From Amphiscolops sp. MND2022 (Eukaryota): 64,000 nt of DNA. Of this stretch, positions 12,451 to 25,993 are shown piece by piece. Location of the stretch: positions 45,634,001-45,698,000 of the forward strand of contig OZ076413.1 of assembly GCA_964187785.1 (NCBI GenBank), in the 5' to 3' direction. The notes under the pieces were generated by a model. It worked only from the letters and a program-made list of their open reading frames with translations. It was not told the DNA's origin and did no database searches. The position numbers and the translations under genes were made by a program. Every line of letters begins with the position of its first letter. The first letter of the stretch is position 1.

Positions 12451-14515
12451 GTTTTAGGTTTGAGCAGTTTGAACATTTCCTTCCCAAGATTTTAACTTCC
12501 GAAGTTATTACCTCTCTCAAAGAGGCTCTTAAACTCTCTAAGAAGTTATTCTCGATCCTGGGAGATATTGGCTTTGACGGTCCCGCAATGCGTACGTCTT
12601 GATCCGAGAAACAAAAATTGTCCACTACTCTTGGTGAAACTTGACCTTCACTTACACTTTCGCTGCTCTCATGTTGATTGTTCTTTTTTTGGCTTCTTGT
12701 AGTTGATATTCTGAATGGAGAAATTGAATTTGATTTATCAATTTCGAACTGAATTTTTCAACAAAGAGGAGAATTGAGCTGAGAATTGAAAAATCAAAAC
12801 ACAACTGATTTTTACAGATGAGAAAAGGCTGACTTCTTTATGGAAAATCATGGTATTTATACCCTCCTAGCATTTTTTGATCACGACTGGATCCCTAGTT
12901 TTCCTTGAACAATTAGTCATTTCCTGTTTTTTTCAATGAAAAAAACCTTACGATCCCAAACTTGCGTCGACATTTTGTCCAACTTCAAGACACGACAATT
13001 CTAATCTAGTATTAGTCATCAACCATGATCATATCATTTCATTCCGGCGTCCTTTTGTTTCCTTCCGAGCAGGACGTAGGTATTACTTCAGTCTGTCAAA
13101 CCGGAAGTGTTTCCCTGTTTTAGTGGTTCGGTTCGTGAGAAGTTTGACGCGGAGCTAACGCTGGCGTGAACAACTAAGACCTGAAATTGAATTTCAACTT
13201 GGGGAATTTGTGACAAATTGCCTTCGCTAAGAATGTTTAGAGATGCTAGAGTCATTTGATAAAAGCACGTGATTAGATAGATTATTGCACAAGATCTTTA
13301 TATCTAAATTTGCACGATTAATGTAATATAAGTTCGACATGCCAACGACGTTAGACTAAATCAACGAAACTGAGAACAACAAACTGTAATATCAACTTCA
13401 AATGATAAAGTACTTGATTAAAGTCCTCAATGGGTAGTTGGGATGACATTAAACACAAGCATAGCAAATTGAGATACAAACATCATTGGAAAAATATAGT
13501 TCCATTACCAAAACATCATTTTCTTTAACTCACAGCATTTGGTTCATTAAACACGTTGAGTCAACTTCAATTTCTACAAAAAATAGTAGAAATTTACAGT
13601 GAGCGGTACAAATGAGTATTCATAACACGTTTTTTAGAATAAACTGTGACTTTCATTTCAAATAATGTGGAAAAATTTTCTTTTCACGACAGGTAGGCGT
13701 ATCTTTGAGACCTTTTTAGTTTCATCCTAGCATAGCTAAACGTAATCTGCGCGGTTTCTCTGTACCAAAATTATTAGAACAGTATTCATTTCATCATTTT
13801 GGATGGACTAAAACAAAACTTTGATGGATTTGCCACGTAGCGTTGACATGATTTTGGAGTGAATTCTAGCTAGTTGACGCAGTCATGACGTAGTATTGAC
13901 CAAGATTTTGGAGTGAATTCTAGCTAGTTGCCAAGTTAGTGACGTCATACCGTCGACCAATTTGGAATACTTTCAACTAGGTGACTGCCTAGTTGCGCGG
14001 AGTTGACGTCACGAGTATAGTAATACTTGTATGTGTCGCCGCCATTGTTAGTTTAACGACGCAGTATCGTCCTATTCTACTATAATCGCTGTTCAAAATG
14101 CAATCAAGCTGCCATTTCTTAGAAAAGAGGTAATTCTTTTGATGTGCTTAGAGAGGATTTTTGTTATGTTTTCATTTAGATTAGTTTAGATTAGTTTATG
14201 ATCTTCTATTCCAAAATGTAATTTAATTTAGTTTTCAGGTGGCGAGTGATTATATTCTGACGTGACAAAAACATCTTATCGGAAATGCGTGAAATCATTT
14301 CATATCTTTTGTTTCCTGTTTTCATTTTCATTTGAGAATTGGGCAAAGTAGACGTAAGTTTTTCATTTTCAGTCACAGTTTTTTTCGAAATGAGTATTAG
14401 TTGTTTTAAAATCAGCGATTAAGTAACCATCTTGGGAAACGTAGGTTGCAGCCGTGCCCTCTCCTAATCGTAATGCGTCTACAGGAACATCCCAAACCGG
14501 AAGTGGGCTGTGACA
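12451..14515 (-). mobile_element. Truncated solo-LTR-like insert of a Gypsy-type element within the Pao integrase
   Basis: Minus strand begins TGTCACAG at 14515; TATAAATA near 12853-12860; acceptor 'tttctccattcag' precedes a degenerate ORF '(M)STTRSQK..NNQHESSESVSEG...SLRASLREVITSEVK'; Pao coding ends 'RNIKSR' on the left and resumes 'CRxF..LADL' on the right. Confidence 0.65.
13849..13930. repeat. Short direct repeat 'gattttggagtgaattctagctagttg' x2 inside the LTR-like insert
   Basis: Two identical 27-bp copies about 54 bp apart. Confidence 0.8.
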
Positions 14516-14874
14516 GTCGAAGTTCGAATTCTGGCTGACCTACAAAGAGAGAGTGGAGAAAGTTGTTTTCCTTTTTTACTGATGTTGGAGTCGAACAATT
14601 TGGGGCATTAGAAGTGAATTACATTAGTAAAACCTTATAAAGGCGGGCGTGTCTTTACCTGCTTGTCTACAAGGTCGAAACACCATAAACAATGTTGGAT
14701 TCGTTAGAAACTGACTCCTGTCTGAGTGCAACCACATGTTTTATAGCAAGACGAGGTCACTCATCGACAATTCGGAGCGACAGTGTTAGAATGTTTATCG
14801 GCGCGAACAACGAGCTAAAACTTGTTACATCAATGTGGCAAAATAGGGTCTTTCAAAAATGTGATTACGCATAA
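14516..14874 (+). mobile_element. Continuation of the Bel/Pao integrase core (3' truncated)
   Basis: 'LADL..ERV...F..VGVE.FG', 'LDSLETDSCLSATTCFIARRGHSSTIRSD...FIGANNEL'. Confidence 0.88.
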
Positions 14875-15109
14875 ATATTTGCCTCTATATTGTTTATTCT
14901 ATTTTTAGATGTACCTTTGTTATATAACCATTCTCGGACAGGAATTGGACTTCTTTAAAAAAGGCTGTGAGCATTTATAGAAGTTGAAAATGCATATTCC
15001 ATCACGGATTTGCAGAGTAGTTATCGGGAACTCTACATATTTTTGCAAATTCAATTTCTCATATGGACACTCCGCCGATTTCAACCCATTTGCTACTAGA
15101 AAAAACCTT

Positions 15110-16000
15110 TACAGCTATTGAGATACGTTGCTTTAAAAAGCTACCGACTAGCTGACCGTGCGAATGAGAGAACAATTTACAGGCGCGTTATGAAGTTTTT
15201 AATTTTTTCACCTAAAAAACCCTGTACTCTCAGCGCCATCGACCGAGAGATGAATCCGTTGTCAATCAATTCTTGATATTTCTGAGGCTTCCGTGATTCT
15301 GCGTCAGTGACGGTTATTCCGGAGTGCCTTAACGCAATAAATTCTAAATCGATCAAATGTCTCAAACTGTTCTCCACCAATCACAATGCCTGAGATCTTG
15401 TTCCATTAGATCCTGTTCCGTCCTCCTGGTTCCAGCCTTGAAGGCAAGTCGAGAGCTCCCAACACCTGCTTCATGAGTGACAAAAGATTTGCATGGGGCG
15501 AAAAGCGACCCGCCACTTTTGCAAGAAACACCGTGTAAACCGACTGTTTCTACCTTTTCACCACAGTGACATGTTTGCTTCAGAGCGTTGACCCAAAGTA
15601 ATCCTTAGCCATCAAGCTTCGAACCCAGGTTTCAACAGGGAACTACTGTGACCCAAATATATTTTTATGAGCGTTGAAAATTTCAATCGTTTTCCGTCCT
15701 TTTTAGATCTCAGATTCTCAGCAGTAAGCTGTATTACGGGTTTGTGCAGTTTGTCTGGGTCCCATCGATTGGAATTGCCTGTTTGTTGGTAACAGCCAAC
15801 CATTTCTCAAGCGCTCTTGTAGACGAAAGTTTCCGTGAAAATAGTCGTTAGAAACTCTTTCGCGCCAAAAGCAGAACCCAAAGATACAGGAAGTGCTAAT
15901 AATGATACCCATAGACGCAATTCAGGCGACCAAGTCAGCTGCACACTCGAAATCTCGTCAAAAGTTACGCCAAATTTACTCTACGCTTATCTATGTATTT
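15110..16000 (-). mobile_element. Decayed CRE-clade non-LTR retrotransposon, C-terminal zinc knuckle plus restriction-like endonuclease; boundaries approximate
   Basis: 'SLLALPVSLGSAFGA', 'TCHCGEKVETVGLHGVSC', 'GRFSPHANL...LPSRLEP', 'ITVTDAESRKPQKYQEL..GF..R.MALRVQGFLG'. Confidence 0.8.
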
Positions 16001-16834
16001 CATATTCATTGACGACATGGAGTATGGCCCAATCACTTGAAAGAAGTCCAGCGGATTTTGCTATACCTGGTCGCCACAGGTTTGAAACCAGTTGTGAGTA
16101 GTTTATTTCAGAGGTGCACGATGAAATATTGGCATTGCAATGATTGTAATAACTGCATTGTAATCATTGAAATAATACAATTCCTAATGTCATTAATTGC
16201 ATTTGTGAAGTGCGATTATTTCAACAAAACGTTTCAGGTAAGATGTCAGAATTGAGTGGCGAAAATATTAGTCTGCAATTCTTTAAACTGACAAAGGACG
16301 AGATGGAGATGTAAGTGCGGAAAAAGCTGGTAAAGAAGGGATCGGTTGGACGAATTTTAGAAAGAGCTAGGCTCACTGTCAACTTTTACTACTGGTCAAG
16401 AGCTAATGAGAAAACTAGCGAAGAAGCCTCATTAAATTTCTGCTAATAAAAGTTTTGCTAAAAACGAACTACCCGTTCGAAATTCGAACCGTTAACTGAA
16501 TTTTTTCTCCCAAACTGATTGTTTTTATCTACTCCGTTTACAATCAACCAGTGAGTGATGATAATCGAAATAGTTTCTTTTGCTCTCTACTCACGAGTTT
16601 ACTCCGTTTGCAAAACTTTTGAAAATCTTTTTTCATTAGAAAGATGATTCTGCAATTCTGAACCATTTTGAAGTTTCCATTTGGAGTTCATATCTTGACA
16701 CAAGAAAGTTGACTTTTTGGAAACTTTAAATTTCAAGCTTGGTAATTGTCCGAAAATGCACTTTCCGATCTCTTGAGTTTTTTAAACTTAAAGGACAATT
16801 CGTAAAATTTGGTGCACATTTGACACAAACTCAT

Positions 16835-17841
16835 AACAAGCCGGGAACGGCCCAAGTCGGCGCCATATCTAAGGCTCAATAACAGCAAAAGGACTTCAAA
16901 GTGTCAAGTATTATTTTCTACAGTACCCGAAAAACCCATAACGTTTGATAACGTTATACCAGAAATGAAACCGTTATATCCGAACTTTGAAACGTTTTGT
17001 CCAAATTCATGTACGTGTTAGATGTTATGTATGTTCCAAGTTGTCTGCAAGTTGAGCAAAATGGACAATTTTGAAGAAATTGATAAAATCTGTCACTTCG
17101 TTTGCTTACAAAACAATAAACGTTATATCCGGTATACGTCAAATCGGGTCTTCATAATATCCGATTTGCATTAAATCGGGTTTGCGCCAAAACAAAATCC
17201 AAAAAAGGAACATTTTTAACATTGAAAATTTCTCCAAAACCGTTATATCTTGTTTGCATTTCATCCGGAATTCGTTATATCCGGTAACGGTTATATCCAC
17301 TAAAAAATAGCATCAAAATGCTCCAAAGCCCACACATGTACCTGGTTGAAAAGAAAAATAGCTGAACGCTGACAAAGTACTGGAAGAGGAATGTTTTCTC
17401 AAAATTCTAAAAAAACTGATCACTAAGATGTCATCATGACGAATTTATCGTCAAACTAAAAAACTCAGCAAAATATTGAAAATCATTGCTGTCACGAAGA
17501 CTAGGATCACAAAAACAGACACTGAAGTAAAGAAGTAAAAAACGAAGAAGCAATTGAAGAGGGGAGACAAAAAAAATTTCAAGAAAAAGTCGCACAGTGC
17601 CGAAAAAACCGAAAGGGGGGACCCTTTGGTCCCGCCCGGTTTTGTAGGTTACGTTTAAAAAGTAAAAAACCAAAGGGGGGACCCGTTAGAATAACTTAGA
17701 TGCGTTTCCCGGGCATTCGTTTAGTTTCCTTTAGCTGAACATACTGAACGTTAACGTTCGTAGCTTCGAGTCTGTCTCTAAAAAAGAAAAAAACGAGCGA
17801 CTGTAATAGTCGGGCTCTTTAATTAATAACAGCGCCGACTG
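16835..17841 (-). mobile_element. Helentron-associated non-autonomous element (HINE/DINE-like), copy A, with an internal gttatatcc-rich insert at ~16950-17300
   Basis: Subterminal inverted repeats agtcggcgc / gcgccgact, extra IR 'tagtcgggc' near one end, hairpin gccg-ttcc-cggc followed by TTGTT at the other. Confidence 0.7.
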
Positions 17842-17844
17842 AAA

Positions 17845-19080
17845 ATTGACAACAAACATGCATCAAGTTTGTTTTATTGATTTCCGGAAACTGCTCGGCA
17901 CCCTTGATCAATCAGTTCTGTTGAAAATTAAATTTCTATGGCTACAGATGATCAGTCTTCGAAATTTCGAGTTACAATTTAGGAAACGAGTACCAATATA
18001 TAGAGACTGATGGAGACGGAACTAGGATACTACAAATTATCACCGTTGTGCCTCAAGGATCTGTGATAGGTACGCTACTCTGCTCAGTCTATAACAATGA
18101 TTTGCTCAGAAATATTGAAAATAATAACCAAATTGAAAGTTTCACAGGTGATACTTTTTTCTGATGGCTGGCCCACGAAGCCAGTGTAATTTACAAAAGA
18201 AATGGAATCAAATAGACAATTAGTTTTTCTGAAACAAACTTTCGTTAAACATCACAAACGTTAGAGTAATGAACGTAAGGACATGAAACTAAAAAACAAG
18301 AATCTTCCTAAGCAAAACGCATTTAAACATCTTGGGGTATGCCTGGATTAAAAGCTACTCTACTTGTTCATGATCATTTATGTGTCTCGTCAAATAGTTG
18401 AAGAAATTAAGTGTAGATCTTTAAAACTTCCGTGAAGTTTACCCTATATAATGGTCATTGTTGTTTTTCAATTCTTTTGCAAAATAGTTCAGTTCTTACG
18501 GAATATTGACATATGGAAGTGCAGAGAAAACCAATCACGATGAAATTGAGTTAACTCAACGAAAACCAATCCCCGCGTTTGCGTCAGAACTAAGTTTAAT
18601 AGTCAAGCATCTTTAATTGAATAGGACAAAGTCTTGTTGGTTTTCGAAATGTATGTATTGTATCTTTTCAAAGAAGTTTTCAAACAATTAAGAATGGTAT
18701 CGCCTATCCATTTTCCTCATTTTCCTACAGGGGATGATAATTAGTTATATTGTACTAGAAGATGCCAGCAGCGACTACTAACTATCACCTGCAATCGCCT
18801 AATCGTGGTCGGTTGAAAATAGATTAGGGAAAGCCTATAACTGGTTGGTTAAAGACAAGGATTTGATACCTAAAGATATCAAGCTTTTGAACAAATCGCG
18901 AATAACTGTACAACTAGGAAAAATTTAGACTGTACAACTAGGTCATCATGTCATAGGTAGCCATGTTATCACATCCATTTTTCATATAACTCCATGATTG
19001 TACGTACCATCTGTTGTTTATTTGCTTCAATCTTAAACATTTTCTGTCCTGATTGAATGATTAATTTAAAATTGAATAAA
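17845..19080 (+). mobile_element. Highly decayed 5'-truncated LINE (CR1/L2-group RT, 3' half)
   Basis: 'IDFRK', 'VPQGSVIGTLL', 'FTGDT' (from FADD), 'FKHLGVCLD'; ends near aataaa at ~19075. Confidence 0.75.
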
Positions 19081-20136
19081 CGCTTGTTACCTATTCCATG
19101 TATATAAAGCCTTTTAAGTAAACATTCCTTCTCTCTTTCCAGAGTAAAAACGTGCTTGAGACAAAGTGAACTCGTTAGATGAGATAACATCCATATAAAT
19201 GGTTCAATAAGTCATTTTGATTCGGAGCGTGTATGTGTTGTGCTGAAGGTTAGTTTCCAGAGAAGGATGACAGAAAGTTTCTTTCTTCCCCGAAATAGTT
19301 CTCAGCTAAAAAAGAAACAAGTTTAAGAGTTGTAAGGGCTGATACGGCAAAAATCCAAACGCGTTCTGATTTTTGTCAACAACAATCAAACTTCGATTTC
19401 CAGCTGATCCAAAAGTTCAATTATTGTTAGATGTGATTCAACTTTCAACATCAAAAATGGCATGTAATTTCTGTACAAAAGGTAATATGACATTCTCAGA
19501 AACAACTTTTGAGAACTATTGGTTACGCAAGGCGGTAGTGTATAAAAACTTAACACTTGCTACACGTGGTCTAGGAATGTTAGTAACAGCATCCCAAAGG
19601 ATCTAGAGTGGTCTAAGTTTCAATTAGGGACCATAATGGGCTCAAAAACAATCAAACAATTAGTTTTACCAAAAAATTGGAGCTATACTGAAAGTGTTAA
19701 AGCCGTGCACAATAACAAGGCGCTGCGAGCACAAGACGCTTTTTGTTCGGAAGACAAGTCCCAAAATCAGGGAAGTAGGCTGCAACTCTTTAGGCTGTTT
19801 CTAATAGCAACATCATCAATCTCGGTGGACGAATTCATCAGAGAAATTTCGACAATAGCTAGACCAAGAAATTTCGTGTGGGACTGTGGACTGTACAAAT
19901 ATTGCCCATGAAAGGCCGCGAGCTTCATGTATAATTGGAGGAACTGCACCGAAGTCAAATTTGAGAACATTGTTTCGAAGGATCTCATCAAATTATAGGA
20001 TCTCATCTTCATGAAAAGTGATATTAGCTAAAGTGTCAGAATGTGCACCTGAACTGAAAACAGAGAAACACGATGTTGGACTCTTTCTGACATGCTTCAG
20101 ATGTTACAGAATTCCTGGAATTGCTTAGATGCGCAG

Positions 20137-20650
20137 GTCGGCGCCGCGTTTAAAGCTCAAAAAGAAACGCTCAATGTTCTTCATAAGGAAACCTAATAAA
20201 ATGCCCTACTTAATGGAAAAAAATCGCAGAGTGCCGAAGAATTTAGGGATGGAAATTTTTAGATTTGAAAAATGCCCATTTGAAAGTTGAAACACGAGAG
20301 GGGGACTCTTTGGAGAAAGGAGAATACTTTTCAAAAAAAGTCGCACAGTGCCGAAAAAAACTTAGAGAAAAAAGACGCGTCAAATGTTTGCAAACGAAGG
20401 TGTTTAATCCTCGACAGACATCGAACGGACGGTCGTTTGCTTGGGACTCGCGCACGGTGTTCAAAATTTGGGGTTTGGAGACTCTGTTCAAAACGTGGAC
20501 GCTCGCATGCATTAGAAACGTTGAGCGCTTTTTTCAGACGCGTTTTGTGAATGTGTTGTTAAATAGTAAAACTGAACAGTGATAATACAAGAATAGGTCT
20601 GAACAGAACATTGCTTAACCCTCAATTGTCGCAACATTGGTTGGTGAGTT
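20137..20650 (-). mobile_element. HINE-like element copy B (partial)
   Basis: 'gtcggcgcc...aaagctcaa' end and the family's internal 'aagtcgcacagtgccgaaaaaa' repeats. Confidence 0.55.
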
Positions 20651-20658
20651 TTAATTTT

Positions 20659-22000
20659 TTAGTCGACGCTTTTCTTAAGAAAAGTGCCCGACTATTACAG
20701 TGATTAGTTTTTTTTCTTCTTTTTTTCGTCAGGCCACAGATTTCAAAATGTATGTACAACTTATTGTGCACTGTGCACTTTTACCAAAAGAACTTTGTGC
20801 TGGATTTTGAACGCTTCCAAAGCCTTTAACATGAAATACAAGACAATTGCAAGGCAGAAGGGTCCCCATTTCCAATTTGTTGGCACTGTGAGACTTTCGC
20901 CCTTTATGACTTTGTGAGACTTTTTTTCGAAAAGTTGTTAACATCTCTAAAGAGTCCCCCTTCACATTTTATACACTTTGCGACTGAATGGATAATGAAA
21001 ATTCCCGAAGACGTTTCAAAAATTTCATTTTTTAAGCAACAACGACTTCGAGACGTTGTTCACGAGAATTGATCTGGCGATGGGCGCTTGTCCCAAACGA
21101 TACACCCATTTCTGCACTTTCCTCCTCCTCTGTTAATGCGTTGAGCGACCTGTCACTACTTGAAGTTACACTATATCAAAAATTTTGAGCTAGATCCGAA
21201 TTTCGTTTTCTTTTACGAACGGTGGTTTTTCGGTACTATGCGACTTTTTGCTATGGAACTTTTTTTCTGGAATTTTTATGAGAAAATGTCTCCGGTAAGT
21301 CGCATGCTGCCAAAAACCCAAGGGAGTCCTTTATGCTGGCACAACTTTTAGTGTTCAGTAAAAATTGAGGAGCGTCCAAAAAAAACATCATTGGCAAAAA
21401 ATCAGTCGCACAGTGGCAAAAAAACCAAAGGACCTTTGAACAATTTTCGAGAAAACTCCCATCAGTCACACAGCACTGAAAAGCCAGAGGTTATCCTTAA
21501 AACTGGCAAAGCGATTTTGCTCAACCGACCACTTCTCAAAAAACGGAAAAACGAGAAAAAGTGTTCGCCGAACACTTTTTCTCGTTTTTCCGTTTTTTGA
21601 GAAGTGGTCGGTTGAGCAAAATCGCTTTGCCAGTTTTAAGGATAACCTCTGGCTTTTCAGTGCTGTGTGACTGATGGGAGTTTTCTCGAAAAATGTTCAA
21701 AGGTACTTCGGTTTTTTTTGCCACTGTGCGACTTTCTTTCCAAACAGTTATTTTTTTGATACGAACTAAAATGGTACCCTTGACGTTTCAGAACAAACTT
21801 TAGACTTGGAAAAAGCGTTTTGCGAATTTGATGGGTCTTTTTTTGGGTTATCCGATTTTTTTCACTGAAGATGTTCTTTCCAGTTGGAGAAAAAGTGCTT
21901 TCCGAGTTTTACTTTTCTGCACTGTAGAATTGATAACATTTCAGCAATTGTGTCCTTAAGCATAATTAAAATTTTATTCTGTTGAACCTTGAGCGGGGCG
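20659..22000 (+). mobile_element. HINE-like element copy C, opposite orientation to B, containing a long palindrome
   Basis: Starts 'ttagtcgacgcttttcttaagaaaagtgcccgactattacagtg' (subTIR plus IR); internal 'ggcactgtg(a/c)gactttt' repeats. Confidence 0.65.
21404..21733. repeat. ~330 bp near-perfect palindrome, 1-nt loop centred at 21568
   Basis: Centre 'gtgttcg-c-cgaacac'; ~164 bp arms with mismatches only in the outer ~40 bp; mirrored ORFs 21391+ and 21536- share the same peptide. Confidence 0.97.
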
Positions 22001-22820
22001 TGTTTAAGTTTTACGAGCAGTCGAGAGAAAACAAAAACCTTGTGTGCGAAACCTCATGTTTTACTTTAACGTTATAGTTGTTAGATCAGTTAGCCGACAG
22101 AGCTCTCAAACGACAATGTCCCAACAAAATAGGCAGAAGAATAGTGAAATCAGCCCTAAAACGGAGTTCTTTCCTCCCGATCAAAAATGGCGCAGTGCCG
22201 AAAAATTCAATAAAGGACTCTTTACGCTTGCAGAACGCGTTTTCGAACCAGGAAACTGTCGTACAGCGGTTCAAAGAGTTCGTATTACACTCTAGTTCGA
22301 TTCAGGTTCTCAGACCAATCAAACGACAAAACTATTACAAAACAGCTCCTTTCAGTTCATTTTCGGTGTTATGTGAATTGGCTGACGGCGCCATTGACCG
22401 ACTCTGCCATTCGCCGACTAAATAGTTTCAGAACAGCGGAATTCAAGTTTTAAAAACATCAAATTCTAAAAATGGTGTTTATAAGTTCGAAGAATCTAAA
22501 ATTAAATTTTCATAGAGATCCGAAATGAATCTGATCTTGATTCAAAATCATTTCAATTCTTTGGAATCCTTTCAAATGAGGAATGCAAGCATGTTCATAA
22601 ACAAATATTCGATGCAAATTTAAATTTTTATTCGATGCGAGTATTGAGCAAAATTGAGAATATTTTCACTTCCATCCAATCATTTTCATTCCGGTCGGCT
22701 AACTGCTGCAACTTCAATTCGTCGAACATTCAAATCGTCGAAAAATGAAAAGCTATTCAATGCGTCGAAAGAATTCCATATCAGCGATTATTTTTATTAG
22801 GTTATATTTTGTGGCGATTA

Positions 22821-22956
22821 GCATATTTGTTGAATGGGTCGGTCGCTTTGCTCCCTTCGCCAAGCAGCAATATTGAGGCATGGCCACATGGCACGTCGCT
22901 CCGCTTGGCTTCGCTCCTGCATTTAAGGCACTAGGAGTATGTGAACATAGCTGACT
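22821..22956 (+). repeat. Third copy of the ~135 bp dispersed repeat
   Basis: Aligns by eye with 1287-1422. Confidence 0.8.
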
Positions 22957-23448
22957 ACCTTATCGTAGTTTTGAATGCTCGAATCTGATTGGCCGAAATC
23001 AATTCATTCCAAATTAATACGTGTTCGACGAATTGAACGTTCGACAAATTGAACAGTCCCCCGGCTAACTGCACAGTCGAGCAGTTGTGCGGTGGGCCAA
23101 TTGCACGGTGGTCTTCTTTATCCGGTAACGCTTTGGAAGTATCTCTTCTCTTCGGTGTTATGTAACTAATTCTCTCAGCCAATGGTAACGAAAGGAAGTT
23201 GTGAGCGAATGCTAGTAAATAACGATGCTGTCATTACGGCCCGCTTGATAGTTAAAATTACTAAATATTTTAGTGAAGAAGTCTGTGATTTCCCTGGTCC
23301 CAATAATAAAAAGTCACTTCTGTATTCTGCATTTTCTACACAGGCACCGACTAAAGTTTCATGATAATATTTGATATCTTTACTCGAAACTCGAAATGAA
23401 CTACAAGCACGTTGAAAATCCTTGAATTCAGATGTAACGAGAAAGGAA

Positions 23449-24368
23449 CTATGCTTAGGATTTTATTGAGTATTCAAAAACTCAATATTTTAATCAATTT
23501 TTAAACTCAATTTTGGTACTAATAGTCAATAAATTAAGGGATCTCAATTTCTCTACTGTTTACTCAGTTTTTCACTGAAATTCAGGCAGCGATGGTTCAA
23601 GCTAATAAAACTAGCAGTGAAGTGGCTTGAATCAATCTCAGTTTTATATACAATTCACATTGCGATACTTCAAAGATGCCACATCTCTCCTCTTAACCCT
23701 CGAATTCGTGACTAAATGGTGGTACACGTGGCTTGAGGCAGCCTTTTACTACTGTACTAATTTCACAACAATGGCGTCTCTTATTGAATCATCAGCGATG
23801 AAAACGAATGTCATGCTGTCGTTGTCCTGAAAAAACTTTCGAAAGACAAGGACGTGATTCAACAGCAACTGGCCTCCACAATAGCGCATTTCGGGGAATA
23901 TCAGAGACAATCAATCACTCAACTGGTGGGTCGCTAAAACATCACACACAGTGTTCAAATATACGAAAATGTACTTCACAGTTGGCAGCCCCAGAACTTT
24001 CCAAGTACAACGCCAAGTTTGAGAATGTAATTTCCAAGAATCCAGATTTCAAGTTTTTGGTGAATGTGGCAAAGGTCCTTCGGGGTGAGTATCTGGCAGA
24101 ACTTTCACTCGGGCCATCAGAAATTTCTAAATTTGCCAATGCTCCCATTGTCAGTCTCGAAGTGGTGCGAATTTTTTCATTCTCCAAGAGACTCCTATGT
24201 CCCCAGAGAGAGCGATACACAGTCGAGCACTTGAAGTGGGCACTGGTTGTTATGTGCAATAACGACTCTTCTTTTAAAAAATTTTCGTTTTTCTCAAGTT
24301 TGCGTTACTTTCTGCTCAATTTAATTTTCAATTCGGCTTGTTTTTACTCAATAAAATCCTAAGCCCAG
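23449..24368 (+). mobile_element. Internally deleted hAT DNA transposon (CGGBP1-related type) retaining the transposase C-terminus
   Basis: TIRs gcttaggattttattgagta / tactcaataaaatcctaagc; motifs 'TKWWYTWLEAAFYYCTNF' (from TRWGTWL), 'KNPDF', 'FANAPIVSLEVVRIFS' (from YAPITSxDVERSFS), 'EHLKWALVVMCN'; no clear TSD. Confidence 0.85.
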
Positions 24369-24419
24369 AGGGTACCAACCATGGTTTCATACCTGGTGTT
24401 TGCGCTTCATGATTTTCCA

Positions 24420-24643
24420 TCATTGGGACTGAACGACGAGTTCTCCGTAGATCTGAAAGTCACAGTAGCGTAATGTGACGTTACTGACGAACTGCACCTG
24501 GTCAGCTTTCTTGTTTTTGCTTTTGGGCTCACATGCCACTTTTTGCCAGTTGCCTTTCTCAACTTTGTCGACCGTGCCGCACGTAACGCAATCAAAGTCA
24601 CCGCGGCATGTCCTAATATCAGTACCCTCCAATGTTTCACAAC
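24420..24643 (-). CDS. Terminal exon encoding the C-terminal half of an F-type lectin / galactose-binding-like domain
   Basis: Acceptor 'cttatcttcag|', open to a stop: CETLEGTDIRTCRGDFDCVTCGTV...GNWQKVAC...LRYCDFQIYG; same Cys pattern and phase-1 start as exon 54301-54510. Confidence 0.7.
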
Positions 24644-25706
24644 CTGAAGATAAGTAGGAAACGTTGGAAACGTGCAATTTGGTTGTGTAGTTCAAAATAT
24701 ATAGTAAAATTAATAAGTATCAGTTTTTGTTATCAACTTGAATAAACCAAGTACTCTCAGCGCTAGCAAAGCCAGTTCAGAACTAAAGAGTTCTATTCGT
24801 TTTTAACGGTACTACGGGGCAAAAAATTCTACTTTCGTTCGAACGTTATTAAAATTTCCTTCATTAAACAAACCCATATTGTTTTAACTAGCCTTTTCTT
24901 TTCCTGAGAAGAAAATATCCCAGTGAACGTGAGGAAAATATTGCGTTTCTAGATTTTTTTTGGGATAACTCAAACAAAAACATCAGATTTCTCTTAGTAG
25001 CAGTGTACAAGATTAGGTATTTTGGGGTATTTTAAGGCACTTCTTCAATAAAGCCATCCAATTGTTTCTGAAATAGTAATAGGCGTACTGTATGGCCGGT
25101 TTTCAATATTCTAACAGGGAAAAACATCCAAAAATTGCAATTGAATAGTCAAAAACAGACATGTTTCAGATTTATCGGCTTTTTCGGTGTCAATTTTGAG
25201 GCGTATTTATCACAACTCGTCAAATTACACTTAAAAAAGCAGCGTCTTGGATAATTGGTTGTTTCATCCTGAGAGAGATGATCTTTCTGGAAATTTTTTG
25301 AAGGTTCCAATCCGTAAAATTTCGAGTAAACTACGAAAATTGCATGAAAAAGTTGAAACATTGAAATGTTTGGAAAACTTGGGAAATTCTCTTTTTTGAG
25401 CAAATCCAGTTTTCTTTATGGTTTGCTAATTTATGGAAAGCCAAAACCAAACTCGGTTCTGAAAACTCGGTTCTCAACGAGTCGGTTCTCAAAACTCTAC
25501 ACATATTTTTTGTGTTTTTTCTAAGGAAATACGTCAAAAAGTTTTATGTACAAAATTTTCAACTTCAGAAAACTGAGATGACCCGTGAAGCTTCTTTGCA
25601 GCATATAAAAGACTCTGGGATCGTTTTTCTCACAATAAGCAGTATCTTTTGCGATTTGAAGTCGTTTTACTACTGAAGCGTAGCGAAATTTGTCATTATA
25701 AGGTGC

Positions 25707-25993
25707 TGTGTCTCACCGGTAGCCCTAATCTTTCAAAGGCGGACCAGGCCGCTTCATCAGCCAAAAAAGTATAAGAGAAGCGAAAAATTATTAAATTTGA
25801 AGAGCTTGTGTAAAACAATTAAAACACACAGAATGCAGGAAAAATAAAAGACACGTGAAAGTATTTACAAAATGCGGGGAAAAATATTCATCTAAGATAC
25901 ATGTATGATCTTTTTACAATTTTGAACTATCACTTGATCTTATTGTTTTGAAGCAATGACTAAAAACTTTCAAAAGAAATTCCATTCAGAACA
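25707..25993 (-). repeat. 3' LTR of the Bel/Pao element
   Basis: 'tgtgtctcacc...cagaaca' matches 32437-32713. Confidence 0.92.

Noticed and set aside
19373..20130. Possible DNA-transposase remnant (CNFC, LHxxLG-like)
   Set aside because: Too fragmented to assign; no TIRs found
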